Shown here: in pieces, positions 62,804 to 64,000 of the stretch
Layout: the number at the start of each line of letters is the position of its first letter
Numbering within the stretch: the stretch's first letter is position 1
Source: Histomonas meleagridis 2922-C6/04-290x
Taxonomy: Eukaryota; Protista; Parabasalia
NCBI GenBank assembly: GCA_020184695.1
Contig: JAANOX010000237.1
Span: 124,001 to 188,000 of the forward strand
DNA length: 64,000 bases
Direction: 5' to 3'
Notes under the pieces: model-generated
The model's input: only the letters and a program-made list of their open reading frames with translations
The model's database searches: none
What the model was told of the DNA's origin: nothing
Program-made: the position numbers and the translations under genes

Positions 62804-63524
62804 ATAAAACTTGTTTTTGTTCTCTAATATTTTTTTTTTGAAAATCTTTGCTGGTCAACCCGATGTCACTCTTAACAGATATTCTGTAGAAGATCTGGCC
62901 GGATTGCAATTCAAAATTAACAGGCTCACAATATTCAAAAGCTAAAAAAAAATTAACCGTTGTAACATATTGAAATATCACATAAATTTGAAAGAACGTC
63001 CAGATTTAAAGCGTTGTTTTCACTTAATGTGAGATGACCTAACCGTAAATGTTTCAATGTGTTTCATTCAAATCTGTATGAGAATTTGTATATTATGGAG
63101 GGTTTTCTATATTACAACCGATATCAGACCTCAGAAAAAGTAGATTACGCATATATTTCTGATTTTAGAAAATTAGAAATTGCAAATACTGATATAAAAA
63201 AGAAAAAAGCATTTTTGATCCATATATTAATAAAGAAAATACCATTATCAATACAGCAATATTCATAATCTTTTTAAGCACGAATTTGGAAGTTCTCGAT
63301 CGAATTTTTAAACAAATAAATAATAACAATATTGATAATAATGCTATTGTACATATAATGAATGATCACAATTAAGTGTACAAAACAAAAACCGAGTCAA
63401 TTTCTATACATTTTACAAATTGCATACTATTTCCGCATATTTGAACAATATTATTATACATATGAATAGAAATAAATATCATATATCAAATCAATAAAAA
63501 TTATTTTCAAATTGTTCATTTTCT

Positions 63525-64000
63525 TTATCCATCAATAATATCCCAAAATTCCAATACATATTTATCCCAACTTAATCCATTAACCCAACGCCAACGTAAC
63601 AAACAGCAAAATGTGTCAGAAAGTTCATTTCGAACTCGTTTTCCATCTGCGGCACTTTTTGTGCAATGTAATTTCCATTCAATTTCAGTTCGCTTTTGAT
63701 TTGACGTAAAAAATAATTTACAGAAAAAGTGAAACTTTTTCAAACTTTTATTGTTCTTCTTCAGTACCCTTCAGCATTATCACTCCGTGGTGCACCTTAT
63801 TCACAATTGGCACGTATTGGAAGTTGAATTCCAAGTTAATTGAAGGCAATTGGTTCAAAGTCACTCTTGACAAGTTTGGTAATTCTTGGAATTCCATTTC
63901 CTCTTCTTCTTCTTCTTTCTTCTTCTTCTTCAATTGTTCCTCTTCTTCTTTCTTCTTCTTTTCTTCTTCGCTTTCTTCATTTTCGTTCTTATCTGATATT
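63525..64000 (-). CDS. 3' part of an acidic hypothetical gene running off the window, with an apparent 1-nt frame break near 63745
   Basis: Glu-rich frame ends at TAA 63748-63750. A Trp-rich protein-like frame (63525-63743) starts a few nt later in another frame. Confidence 0.5.

Overview
AT-rich, gene-dense eukaryotic DNA. The DUF3447/ankyrin paralogues, BspA-like LRR protein, expanded Rabs and scarcity of recognisable GT-AG introns suggest a parabasalid, most like Tritrichomonas (inference). Ordinary genes include a VIT-vWA protein, a Bacteroidetes-like GDP-fucose synthase, a Rab, a divergent Piezo, CSE1, a class-3 lipase, an importin-beta-family protein, signal peptide peptidase, a GCK-III kinase, RPT5, a DHHC variant and a Glu/Lys-rich giant protein. 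The main observation is in five DUF3447-ankyrin loci (about 17.9-18.8, 26.1-28.1, 47.7-51.4, 51.6-52.5 and 52.9-54.9 kb). These look frameshifted, but by hand parsing they are interrupted by about 95 AT-rich 17-nt segments with no GT-AG ends. The segments parse between codons, mostly in arrays separated by single 3-nt codons (20-nt period). Deleting them rejoins the isolated codons into canonical ankyrin loops (D-N-D-G-E-TAL, N-R-Y-G-E-TAL, D-K-Y-G-K-TAL, D-N-N-G-W-TAL) and restores long stop-free ORFs (993 aa at 47674-51370; 557 aa at 52919-54915). This points to a tiny non-canonical intron or ribosomal-bypass system that I do not recognise as described. The removal step is inferred from DNA only.
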